Source: a virus. From it: DNA of 64,000 nucleotides. A program made the position numbers and the translations under genes. The notes beneath the pieces are model-generated. The model made no database searches. It was given only the letters and a program-made list of their open reading frames with translations, and was not told where the DNA came from. Location of the stretch: IMG/VR virus record IMGVR_UViG_3300019360_000007, positions 19,088 to 83,087 of that record. The stretch is one strand, 5' to 3'. Of the stretch, positions 55,514 to 64,000 are shown in pieces. How positions within the stretch are numbered: position 1 is the stretch's first letter; every line of letters starts with the position of its first letter.

Positions 55514-55530
55514 ATAAAGGGAATACCGAT
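55514..55530 (-). promoter_or_regulatory. Putative late promoter (ATCGGT-N7-TTAT)
   Basis: Motif match in an intergenic region. Confidence 0.55.
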
Positions 55531-55539
55531 AACGCGCCG

Positions 55540-56289
55540 TCAGCGCACGACGCTGGCCACGCAGGCGACGAGCAGCGAGAAGGCCGGGTTTCCTCCGGTC
55601 GCGCAGATCACCAGCTCGTCCTTCATGCCCGTCGTGTGGCTGATGGTCGTGTTGGGAGGGACCACGGCGAGGGGCTGGTAGCGGCCGGTCGCGTAGAAGA
55701 GATCGAGCGCGCCGTCGAGGTTGGTGAGCACGAGCGAGTCGCCGAACGCCGGGAGGTGGAAGATCATCGCCTCGGGAGGCGCCGGGAGACCCGCCGCCGC
55801 CGTGGCCAGGCTGGGAGCAGTCCCGGCCAGGGTGAGAGCAGGACGCGGCACGACGAAGAACGCCGGATCCTGCACGATCAGGATGTCGCTCTGGTTCGAC
55901 GCCGTGGCAGCGCCCGGGAACGCGGGAGAGGCCACCGTCCGTACCTGGACACGTACGAACCACATCTGGCTGTCGGCCGGGACTTCGGGGGAGAGGCCGA
56001 AGAACTCGTTCGGGTCGAACGTCGCCCGCGTGTGTCCGCGCGTCGTGTCGCCCATGATGGCGGTCCTGCGCAGGCGAATGGGCTTCGTGATGAGAGACTG
56101 GTCCCGGCTCACGTCGAAGAGGGCCGTCGTCCCGACTCCGCCCACGCCGTTGAAGGCCCCGTACGCGTTGTCCAGGGAGTTGGCCACGCGGATGCGGTAG
56201 CCGAGGATGTTCGAGTCGTTCCTGAACTGGAAGGTCAGGTACGCGGGAGCCCTGTCCAGGACGTTCGGGATGGGGATCGGAGAACTCAT
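55540..56289 (-). CDS. Putative virion structural protein (beta-rich)
   Basis: ATGA overlap; biased codons. Confidence 0.7.
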   Translation of the reverse strand: MSSPIPIPNVLDRAPAYLTFQFRNDSNILGYRIRVANSLDNAYGAFNGVGGVGTTALFDVSRDQSLITKPIRLRRTAIMGDTTRGHTRATFDPNEFFGLSPEVPADSQMWFVRVQVRTVASPAFPGAATASNQSDILIVQDPAFFVVPRPALTLAGTAPSLATAAAGLPAPPEAMIFHLPAFGDSLVLTNLDGALDLFYATGRYQPLAVVPPNTTISHTTGMKDELVICATGGNPAFSLLVACVASVVR

Positions 56290-56678
56290 GCGGTCTTCGC
56301 CTTCTCCTCGCGGGCTCTGTTCTCGTATCCCGAGGAGTCGAGACCGCGGTCCTTCGCGAGCCGGGCAGCGTCAGACCACGAGTCCGCCTGCTCTCCGCCC
56401 ACGTTCGGCAGGAGACGAGGGACCGTGCCGTCGCCTCTCATCTCGCGCTCGCGCGCGGCGAGGCGCTCGTTCTTCCTCCGCATCTGCCCGGCGATCCGCA
56501 GGTTCTTGCTCGTCCAGCCGTCTCCCGCGAGGACGAAGCCGGGGAACCGGTCACCCACGACGCGGGGCGCAGGCTCGCCGCAGCTCGGACACGGCTGCGG
56601 CTTCTGGTAGTCGGCCATCGGAGCCATCTCGTCGAAGGCGAGGTCGCACGGAGAGCAGCGGTAGCTGTAGAGCGGCAC
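56286..56678 (-). CDS. FmdB-family zinc-ribbon protein
   Basis: GTG 56678, PLYSYRCSPCDLAF..PCPSCG. Confidence 0.85.
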   Translation of the reverse strand: MPLYSYRCSPCDLAFDEMAPMADYQKPQPCPSCGEPAPRVVGDRFPGFVLAGDGWTSKNLRIAGQMRRKNERLAAREREMRGDGTVPRLLPNVGGEQADSWSDAARLAKDRGLDSSGYENRAREEKAKTA

Positions 56679-56679
56679 G

Positions 56680-59600
56680 TCAGTCCCCTCCCTCGCCAAG
56701 ATACCGTCGCAGTACCCGCCTGCCGATCTCGCGCTCGGCGACTCGGAGCGCCACGTTGGATGGAATCGGGGACAAGATCTCGACCTCGATCCTCTCGTCC
56801 CTATCGACGGAAAACCGAGCGAGACGCCGGAGCGGGGACTTCTCGGGCCGTACGAAGAAGTCGCGCGACCGCCGTAGGACGGCGTAGGCGTGCTTGCAGA
56901 CGGGCCTCCAGTGGGCCGGATCGCGAACTCTAGGAGGGGTGGCCGTCCCCCTCGGGTTCCCGCGCAGGTAGTTGGCCTTCTGCGCCCAGTGCTCGGGGCC
57001 CCACCACTGCCAGAACGGGCACGAGCACGAGACCCGCAGGTTGAGCTTGTCGATGTTGGTGGCGCGGCCGCGCTTGAACGCCTGCACCCGGACCACGTGC
57101 TTCCCGACACGCCACGTCCAGATCCAGTTCTTCGTGTCGGTGCGCTCGAGCCTGGGATCGAGCCCCGTCGCCCTGGTCTTGATCTTGGAGTCGACCCGGT
57201 CGAGGATCTCGGGCAGCGTGTAGGCCGTCTTCACCTCGAAGTTGTCGTTGCGCACGTACCTGTCCTGGCGGCCGTCGGGCACCTGCTGCGTGTTGTTGAC
57301 GAAGTCCCCCCACATCGGGATGACCTTGCCCGAGCCGCTGCCGGGATTGTTCACCTCGCGGATCGGGTACGTGCCTCCCGGCGCCGCGGGCTCGATCTTC
57401 CACTGGAGACCCTTCTGCGGCTTGCGGTCCAGGTCGGGAGCTCGGAGAGGCTCGCCCTTCTGCTTCTCGGGGTCCTTGCGCGGGACCGTGCCGCGTGGCT
57501 GCGACGGCGCGTAGTTCTGGTCGAGCTGCTCGGGCGGCTCGACCTTCTTGTGGTGGGTGTTCCAGTCGACGGGCCAGTTTCCCGCGAGGACGTCGAGGCC
57601 GAGGATCTCCATCGCCTCCGCGAGTGCCTCCAGGCCGGCGACGTGAGAGGCCGCGCGACGCTCCTGGAGAGCCTGCTCCCGTCTCCACTCGCGAGACCGC
57701 TCGGCGGGAGTCATCGGGCCGAGCCCCCGACGCTTGTACCGGAGCGGATAGAGACGTCTGTACTTGCGCCGCAGCTTGTCGCGCGGATCGAACTTGAGCC
57801 TAGTCCTGTACTTGACTCTCTCCCGGCGCTTGATCGGCTCGCGATGGCGCAGGTACCACTGCTTGTAGTAGACGCGGGACGGGCCTCTCTGGCTCTTCTG
57901 GTGAACGACGGGGAACAGGCCCGCCGCCTCCCGCTCGCCGTCCTCGCCAGCGGTGACGTCCTGGCGCCGCCTCACGTAGTTGTAGTCGAGCTTCGTCGGG
58001 TGCCCGTACTCCTCTCCCGGCTCGGACTTGGTCCTGTACGGCACCTTCCGATTCTTGTTGTAGTAAGTGGGCCCGATCCTCTTCTCCCTCTTCTCGTCGT
58101 TGTCGGACGGCAGGGGAAGAGCCCGCTCCTTCTCGCGCGGCTGCCGTAGCTCCACGGGCCAGATGTGGTCGAGCTTGTCCTGCCCGCGCCCAGGATAGTC
58201 ATCCTCCGTGTCGCTCGGGAGGATGCCCTTCTCCGACTTCTCGTCCACGAGCGTCTTGTAGCCCGGCCATTCCTGCCACTGTGACCTGTATGCACGGCGC
58301 ACCGTCTCCGCGATGTCCGAGATCTCCTGGATCGCGGCCTTCTTCTTCTTGCTCGCTTCGGCGATCTCCGGGAAGCCGTAGTCCGCGAGCACCACGGCAT
58401 CGCTCTCCGCAAGCTCCTTGTCGTCCAGGCGAGCATAGTCCCACCGCACCATCTCGCCCGTCGCCGGATGGAGGACGTCGAGGACGACCTTCCCGTCCGA
58501 GACCTTGTCCACGCGCCCCACGTACCAGCGCCCCTGGAACCTGTAGCCGATCTCGTCACCCTGGTGCAGGTCCGCGACGCGAGCCTTCGTTCCCGAGAAT
58601 CCTTCCGGGCGTTCCCTCGGGGCCTTCCGCGCGGTGATGTGGGGAACGGCTCCGAACGACGGCACGAACTTGGCTCGCTCCTTCTCCTCCCGCTCCTTCT
58701 CCTCCCGCTCCTTCTCCCTGCGGTCGTGCTCCTCCCACTCGGCGCGCGTCTTCACGACGGCTGGAATGCGCTTCCATCCGCTGAGACGCGCGTTCGTGAA
58801 CGTCGAGTTCCCATCGCGGACCGTGTACGTTCCGTCTCCGTTGTCGATCAAGCTGATCGGATCTCGAGGGAGTCCCTTCTTCCGCGCGGCTTCCATCAGA
58901 TCGTTCGCGTGCATCACCCCGCGGAGACGGACCTTTCCCGGCTTGACCTGTCCGATGTCGACGGGCTTCGATCCAGGCACCTGCCGGAAGTAGAGCTTGG
59001 GGTCCTCCGGGAGCCGGCGCAGGCTCTTGAGTACCTGGAGGATGTTGTCCTTCTTCGGATCCTCGGGGGCGTGCTCGTCGTCGACACGATGGACGTCGAA
59101 CCCCCTCATGTCGTGAGCTCGCAGCTCGTCGAACACGGGCTCCAGGATCCGCCCCGTCTCCGGATCGATGGGGAGGACCGAGATCTTGTGCGGCTTCGCC
59201 TCGATCACTCGGCCGTGGTGCACCTCGCCGCCCGAGTGGTAGGCGACCACGTCGCCCTCTCTCAGATCGGAGACCTTGTCGACGGGCTTGCCTGTCTTGC
59301 CCATCCTCTCCACGGCCTTCTTCCTCGCCTTCTCTCTCTTCTCCTCCTCTTCCCTCTTTCGCTTGGCCTCCTCCTCCAGCTTCTTCCTCTGCTCGGGAGA
59401 CAGCACGGGCGCACTCTTGCCCGGTGCGTCCCCCGCGGGGACGAGCTTGGCACGTCGTTCCTTGATCTTCTCCTCGTCGAAGGAGAACTCCCTGGTCGAC
59501 GACCGGCGTCCCGTCTCGGGATCGATGGGGACGACCCAGAACTTCGTGGCCTTCTCCTTCGTCCCCTGGCTCCTCACGACGCGTCCCATGAACGTCTCGC

Positions 59601-59871
59601 CGTCGTGCTCGTAGACGATCACGTCGTCGTCGTAGATGTCGTCCATCCGCACGGGTTTCCAGTGCTTCTTGGTCTCGACCTTCGCTCGAGACTTCCCTGG
59701 CGACTTCCCGTCCTCCTCCGAACGCTTCCAGTCCTCGTAGATGCGGTGCTGCTCCGCCATCGGGAGGGACGTGTAGAGCACCATGTTCCCCGTCTCGGGG
59801 TGGCGGAACTTCTTCCCCTCGACGGCCTTGCCGAACTCGGACTGAGCCGTCCTGATGCCGAAGTCCGGCAC
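56680..59871 (-). CDS. Multi-domain protein: three SH3/KOW-like repeats, ParB/Srx-like domain, C-terminal SWIM Zn finger
   Basis: (G/D)D.(I/V).Y..G..GRV..P.TG three times; PISL..GTYTVRDGNST; VSCSC...CKH. Confidence 0.75.
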   Translation of the reverse strand: MPDFGIRTAQSEFGKAVEGKKFRHPETGNMVLYTSLPMAEQHRIYEDWKRSEEDGKSPGKSRAKVETKKHWKPVRMDDIYDDDVIVYEHDGETFMGRVVRSQGTKEKATKFWVVPIDPETGRRSSTREFSFDEEKIKERRAKLVPAGDAPGKSAPVLSPEQRKKLEEEAKRKREEEEKREKARKKAVERMGKTGKPVDKVSDLREGDVVAYHSGGEVHHGRVIEAKPHKISVLPIDPETGRILEPVFDELRAHDMRGFDVHRVDDEHAPEDPKKDNILQVLKSLRRLPEDPKLYFRQVPGSKPVDIGQVKPGKVRLRGVMHANDLMEAARKKGLPRDPISLIDNGDGTYTVRDGNSTFTNARLSGWKRIPAVVKTRAEWEEHDRREKEREEKEREEKERAKFVPSFGAVPHITARKAPRERPEGFSGTKARVADLHQGDEIGYRFQGRWYVGRVDKVSDGKVVLDVLHPATGEMVRWDYARLDDKELAESDAVVLADYGFPEIAEASKKKKAAIQEISDIAETVRRAYRSQWQEWPGYKTLVDEKSEKGILPSDTEDDYPGRGQDKLDHIWPVELRQPREKERALPLPSDNDEKREKRIGPTYYNKNRKVPYRTKSEPGEEYGHPTKLDYNYVRRRQDVTAGEDGEREAAGLFPVVHQKSQRGPSRVYYKQWYLRHREPIKRRERVKYRTRLKFDPRDKLRRKYRRLYPLRYKRRGLGPMTPAERSREWRREQALQERRAASHVAGLEALAEAMEILGLDVLAGNWPVDWNTHHKKVEPPEQLDQNYAPSQPRGTVPRKDPEKQKGEPLRAPDLDRKPQKGLQWKIEPAAPGGTYPIREVNNPGSGSGKVIPMWGDFVNNTQQVPDGRQDRYVRNDNFEVKTAYTLPEILDRVDSKIKTRATGLDPRLERTDTKNWIWTWRVGKHVVRVQAFKRGRATNIDKLNLRVSCSCPFWQWWGPEHWAQKANYLRGNPRGTATPPRVRDPAHWRPVCKHAYAVLRRSRDFFVRPEKSPLRRLARFSVDRDERIEVEILSPIPSNVALRVAEREIGRRVLRRYLGEGGD

Positions 59872-60285
59872 CTACGCCCTCCCGTGCCTGTCGGCCACGC
59901 GGCGGGCGAGATGACGCTCGGCAACCCTGCGGGCGGATCCCCGCAGCATGTGCGATCCGAACGCCGGTGCCCCCTCCACGGTCTCGTCCACCCTCGTTCT
60001 CCGGCTGAGCTGGAGCCGGTCCTTGAGGTGGTCTCTGCCCATGATCGACAGCGCATAGCTCGTCTCGTCGAGCTGCTGCTCCAGCCTCTCGATGGTCTGC
60101 GGCACGACCACGAGGAGGTCGCCAGCCACCTGGAAAATGTGCTCGCGAGCCGGGCTCGTCTTCACGAGCTTGACCACCTTCCCGATGAGCTGGTGGAGTC
60201 GGTGGACGTCTACCCGGGCGGCACTCACGCCGCCCGAGATGAGCGCCCATCCGGCCTGGCTGCCGGCCTTTCGCGAGCGTGACAT
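59872..60285 (-). CDS. Hypothetical helical protein with tandem RRVAxRH motifs
   Basis: ATG 60285 after GAGGGG. Confidence 0.75.
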   Translation of the reverse strand: MSRSRKAGSQAGWALISGGVSAARVDVHRLHQLIGKVVKLVKTSPAREHIFQVAGDLLVVVPQTIERLEQQLDETSYALSIMGRDHLKDRLQLSRRTRVDETVEGAPAFGSHMLRGSARRVAERHLARRVADRHGRA

Positions 60286-60308
60286 GGCCCCTCGCACGAG
60301 GGATCCCC

Positions 60309-60325
60309 ATCAAGCGAAAACCGAG
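60309..60325 (-). promoter_or_regulatory. Putative late promoter (CTCGGT-N7-TGAT)
   Basis: Motif match in an intergenic region. Confidence 0.55.
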
Positions 60326-60326
60326 A

Positions 60327-61853
60327 TTAGCCGGTCTTCGTCTCGGCGAGACGCTTCTTGATCTCCGCGCGAGCGAGATCCGTCTCCACCGCCAGGATCC
60401 CTCTGAAGAAGGGATCGTTGTCCGCGTGCTTCATCGCGTCCTCGATCCTCTGCTTGAGAGGCCGATCTCGGTTCCACTCGAAGTCCGGCAGCACGGCTCG
60501 CACCACGTCGTAGGCCGCCTTCACCTCTGGGGGCATCTCGCTCCGAGGAGCCGGGCCTGTGGCAGCGTCCGGCAAGATCTCGGGAAGATCATCGCCAGAG
60601 ATGGCCTCCTGGACGTCGCCCGTGGCGACCCCGCCGCGAGTACGGGCGATCTTCGCGACCACGCCGGCCTCCTGCTCCTCCGCGTGGACCGGGAACTTCT
60701 CGACGCGAAGCTGCGCTCCCTCCTGCGTCCTCTCTATGGCCGAGCTGGACGTGTTGCTGTCGTCCGCGACGAACCGCCTGTGGGTAGGGGACAGGATGCG
60801 CCCGACCGCGACTCCCTCCTGGCCGCTCTCCTCCGTCGACCCTCGGGCCTCCCTCCTGCCCACCTCGACGTCACCCATCCTGATCGACTCGTGGCTCGTG
60901 CTCGCCACGGCAGCCTCCTCCATGCGGATGGGACCCTGCCCCGACAGGCGGATCGCCCCCACGTCGCGCTCCTCGTCCACGACGATGGCTCCGCTCCCGC
61001 CGAGTCGCGGGCTGGGCTTCGGGCTCTCGTAGACCGGCTTGGCCGGGGCGATGTCTCCGAGGTCGATGTCCTGCTGGCGCTCGACTGGCATCCGTCTCCG
61101 ACCTCCCACCGCGCCCACGGCAGAGCCGGGCTGACCGAAGTCGTCGACGATCTCCTTGTTCCCTCCGAGGGTCACGTGCAGGTCTTCCTGGCGCTCGACG
61201 GCGTACCGCTTCCCGGCAGCCTGCGCCGCCCTCGGAGCGGGACGAGCTTGGCCGACGGTGAGGGCTTCGATGGACGCCAGCAGATCGAGCAGGTCCGCCT
61301 CGCCCGATACCTCGGACTTCCTGGGCGCGACGGAAGGTTCGGTCCTGTTGACCTGTCCCAGCTCGAGTTCCATCTCCCGGACCATCTCCAGGACTTCCCT
61401 GTCTGGCTTCATGGCGAGCCACGCCGAAGTCGACTCGACGGGGACGCGCCTGGCGGCGTCCGCATTCTTCGACTCTCTGCGCCTGCGCCTGTCGTCCACC
61501 GAGAGGACGACGTCCTCCTCGGCACGCTGCGTCTCGACCGAGAAGACGGGAGCACGTTCTCTGCCGTGCTGTTCTGTCCCGCGCACGCGGATCCCGGCCG
61601 GTCGCGGGCGATAGACGGGAGCGACCTCGTCGAGGGGCACGAACCATCGTTCTCGGATGGCGCTGCGCAGCTGCGGGACGTCGGCGAACTCTCGCCCGTC
61701 GCTCAGTACGACGGTCGTGCCGTCGTACTGGAGCGTCTCCCCCTTCCGAGGACTGTATCCTCCCGATCCGGTCGCGATGAAACCGAGGCTGATGCCATCG
61801 ATGGCCGCCCGGTACGTTCGGAACTGGTTGGCTTGGAAATCGATCTCGGGCAT
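60327..61853 (-). CDS. Hypothetical, largely disordered protein
   Basis: 508-aa ORF with recurring VE.Q motifs. Confidence 0.75.
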   Translation of the reverse strand: MPEIDFQANQFRTYRAAIDGISLGFIATGSGGYSPRKGETLQYDGTTVVLSDGREFADVPQLRSAIRERWFVPLDEVAPVYRPRPAGIRVRGTEQHGRERAPVFSVETQRAEEDVVLSVDDRRRRRESKNADAARRVPVESTSAWLAMKPDREVLEMVREMELELGQVNRTEPSVAPRKSEVSGEADLLDLLASIEALTVGQARPAPRAAQAAGKRYAVERQEDLHVTLGGNKEIVDDFGQPGSAVGAVGGRRRMPVERQQDIDLGDIAPAKPVYESPKPSPRLGGSGAIVVDEERDVGAIRLSGQGPIRMEEAAVASTSHESIRMGDVEVGRREARGSTEESGQEGVAVGRILSPTHRRFVADDSNTSSSAIERTQEGAQLRVEKFPVHAEEQEAGVVAKIARTRGGVATGDVQEAISGDDLPEILPDAATGPAPRSEMPPEVKAAYDVVRAVLPDFEWNRDRPLKQRIEDAMKHADNDPFFRGILAVETDLARAEIKKRLAETKTG

Positions 61854-61904
61854 GGTCGCGTCGAGGCTCGCGAAAAGCCTCTCATCGTCACCTTACCCGC
61901 ACGT

Positions 61905-62207
61905 TCAGCCCCGCATCGCGCCGTCAGCGCCCTGTCTGAACACGATGCTGGGCTCCGCCGACGGTCCCAGGTCCTCTCCGTTGAACTCCAGCATGGCCTC
62001 GCCGAGGCGCTCGCGTATCGCGCCCAGGAAGTCTCGGCGAACACGTACCCGGGCGACCACCGTCGCCGCTCCCTCCGCCGCCGAGTACACGAGGAAGTCG
62101 AGGAAGCAGTCAGGCCCGACCTCGTCGACGACGCGGAAGGCGTTCGCGAAGGCTCCGAACCGCACGGATGGCTCCACCTTCACCGTCGTGTGTTGCGGAC
62201 TCGACAT
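61905..62207 (-). CDS. Hypothetical protein (DUF3467-like)
   Basis: ATG 62207; GAFANAFRV..FLDF. Confidence 0.6.
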   Translation of the reverse strand: MSSPQHTTVKVEPSVRFGAFANAFRVVDEVGPDCFLDFLVYSAAEGAATVVARVRVRRDFLGAIRERLGEAMLEFNGEDLGPSAEPSIVFRQGADGAMRG

Positions 62208-62226
62208 CGCGCTTCCCGACCGCACT

Positions 62227-62508
62227 CTACCTCCGCGCTTTCTGGCGAACGACGATCTCGCCGTCCTCGTCCACGAACCAGTCGCCGGGGCAGATGCTGT
62301 GCGGACGCTCGACACAGGGTCTCTGGTACGGCTCCCTGTAGTCGTACCCTCCTCGGATCTTGAATTCTCCCTGCGACGCCGGCGGCGATGTCCGCTCAAC
62401 CTGCTCCCAGAGCCAGTTCGCCGACCAGCCGTTCGACGGGCAGTACGGATCGAACTCGACGTCTACTGGACCGTCCTCGGCGCCTGGACTTGCCGAGTAG
62501 GCGAGCAC
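62227..62508 (-). CDS. Hypothetical protein
   Basis: Fills the gap in the operon. Confidence 0.5.
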   Translation of the reverse strand: MLAYSASPGAEDGPVDVEFDPYCPSNGWSANWLWEQVERTSPPASQGEFKIRGGYDYREPYQRPCVERPHSICPGDWFVDEDGEIVVRQKARR

Positions 62509-62547
62509 GAGTCGAACTGTCGTGGCGAAGCTCAGGGGTGCCTACGT

Positions 62548-63117
62548 TCAGGGCTCCTCTATTGGGGAATCACCGCACTCTCGCAAATAGGCCCGCAGCT
62601 CGGGCGCGTCCTGGAACCACTCTGCGCCGAGCCGGAGATGCGCGAAGCGCTCGTGAGTCGTCGCCTCGTCCCGCATCTTTCCTGGCACGACGGCGACCAG
62701 CGACAGTCGCGAGGCGTTTGCGACCTGGAGCTCGGCGATGCGTCGGGGAACGTCCTGGGACCATCCGATCTTGATGGGGCCTTGTTGGCCGGCCTGAACG
62801 AAGTAGACGAACCCATCTCGCTCGGAAGGCCGCACGTAGTCGGGACGATAGACGACGGATTCCTCGCGGACCACGCCGTGCCGTTCCAGGCACTGCCACT
62901 TCCCTCCCGGGATGACGGCGTACGTCGGGGTCTCCGCGAGGGGCGTCCGCGCGAACCTGATCCCGCGGGCATCTGCCGGATCCAGATGAACCAGGTCCTC
63001 TCGGAGAACCTCTCCGGTCCTCGCGTCGCAGAGTCGCACGCGGTGCGTCGGGACGAAGTCCCGAGGAGCATCCGGATACATCCCCTCTACCTCGCGCCAC
63101 GCGACCACGACGCTCAC
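62548..63117 (-). CDS. T5orf172/MUG113-type GIY-YIG-like protein
   Basis: FVYFVQ..IKIGWS..RRIAELQ..H..F...R..EWF. Confidence 0.85.
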   Translation of the reverse strand: MSVVVAWREVEGMYPDAPRDFVPTHRVRLCDARTGEVLREDLVHLDPADARGIRFARTPLAETPTYAVIPGGKWQCLERHGVVREESVVYRPDYVRPSERDGFVYFVQAGQQGPIKIGWSQDVPRRIAELQVANASRLSLVAVVPGKMRDEATTHERFAHLRLGAEWFQDAPELRAYLRECGDSPIEEP

Positions 63118-63764
63118 GGGACGCTCTCCACGTCGAGCATCCACACGTCGATGGCTCCCTGCACGGCGCATTCCCGCGGCATCTGATCGAGATCGTAGTT
63201 GTCATAGAGGCTCTCGGCCCGGGGCCGCATGAGACCGAGGACGACGTCCTCGGAGATCCCGAACGTCCTCATCACACGAAAGCTCTCGCGGTACGCCTGC
63301 ACCTCCAGAGCCCAGCGACCCTCGGCGAACGCGTACACGACGAGGAACCTCTCCACGCCGAGACGCTCGTATTCCCGCACGTGGACGCGCTCATGCCAGA
63401 GGATCTCGGCCCTCTCCGCCACGGACCAGGTCGGGAAGTCGCGGCCGAGGAAGATCGTGTCCGGGAACGTCGTCGTGAACTTGGACCAGTCCTCGATCCC
63501 GGACGCCTTGGGAACGAGCGCGATCCCTTGAGACTCCAGATCGTCCAGGACGCGGTCGAGCGCCACGTCTGGATCGGAGGACACCTCTCCCGGCGCGGAC
63601 ATGTCCTCGGTGCTGGCGGCGAGGTCGTGGTAGAAGCGGTGCGTCGGGACACAGTCCTCGTACGACGGAGGCCTGGGGATCCCGTGGGCCGCTCGGCACG
63701 CGGTCGAGAGCGTCACCAGCAGCGTCCACGCGGCGCGCACCAGCCATGTTACCGGCGTAGGCAT
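63114..63764 (-). CDS. Putative lipoprotein Zn-metallopeptidase (HExxH)
   Basis: LSTA-C lipobox; ILWHERVH...LEVQAY. Confidence 0.7.
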   Translation of the reverse strand: MPTPVTWLVRAAWTLLVTLSTACRAAHGIPRPPSYEDCVPTHRFYHDLAASTEDMSAPGEVSSDPDVALDRVLDDLESQGIALVPKASGIEDWSKFTTTFPDTIFLGRDFPTWSVAERAEILWHERVHVREYERLGVERFLVVYAFAEGRWALEVQAYRESFRVMRTFGISEDVVLGLMRPRAESLYDNYDLDQMPRECAVQGAIDVWMLDVESVP

Positions 63765-63799
63765 GCTGGACTTGAACGGGTATACTTCTCGTTGAACGG

Positions 63800-64000
63800 G
63801 TGATCGGACTCGCCCACAAGATCCCCCTCTATCCCGACCAACAGGGAGATGCCCACTTCCGTCGCGCCGCGGGCATAGCCCGCTTCGCCTGGAACTGGGC
63901 CCTAGCCCGCTGGAAGGCCAAGTACGAGGCGGGAGAACGAGGGATGTCGGGCTACTCCCTCGTCAAGGAGTTCAACGCCATCAAGGCGTCCGATTTCCCC
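63800..64000 (+). mobile_element. tnpB: TnpB (IS200/IS605/IS607 OrfB) N-terminus, truncated by window edge
   Basis: Manual translation MIGLAHKIPLYPDQQGDAHFRRAAGIARFAWNWALARW..KEFNAIK..FP matches the OrfB HTH N-terminus; TATACT at 63781. Confidence 0.8.

Noticed and set aside
12155-60282. Long plus-strand ORFs (e.g. 12155..14710, 25110..27977, 53233..56610) and off-frame minus ORFs (25525..28440)
   Set aside because: Arg/Gly-rich shadow frames of GC-biased real genes; no recognisable motifs.
1-64000. Amber (TAG) stop reassignment
   Set aside because: Genes are intact under code 11 and many end sensibly at TAG with new starts and RBSs after them.

Overview
High-GC, almost entirely minus-strand virion morphogenesis region of a large contractile-tailed (myovirus-like, probably jumbo) phage. 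In transcription order (right to left) it holds putative internal-head/accessory genes, three paralogous virion proteins, a neck gene broken by a naturally split intein, capsid-fibre-like genes, a poly-gamma-glutamate hydrolase, head-closure/tail-completion genes, an actin-like ATPase, a 2480-aa tail sheath, tail tube, two chaperones, tape measure, two tube-initiator paralogs, a baseplate hub with an M15 peptidase insert, and a gp5/VgrG-like spike. Four free-standing homing endonucleases are interspersed, and a TnpB starts at the right edge. No terminase, portal, major capsid protein, tRNA, rRNA or CRISPR array is recognisable. Highlights: (1) a seven-deep, mirror-ordered nested domain array in the sheath, whose intact single module is visible in another gene; (2) an atypically split intein (32-aa IntN) in a structural gene; (3) a conserved bulged-hairpin element in three intergenic leaders; (4) a recurrent putative late-promoter motif; (5) a shared RVAxR motif on unrelated candidate head-cargo proteins. 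All family assignments come from motif recognition by eye, not database searches.
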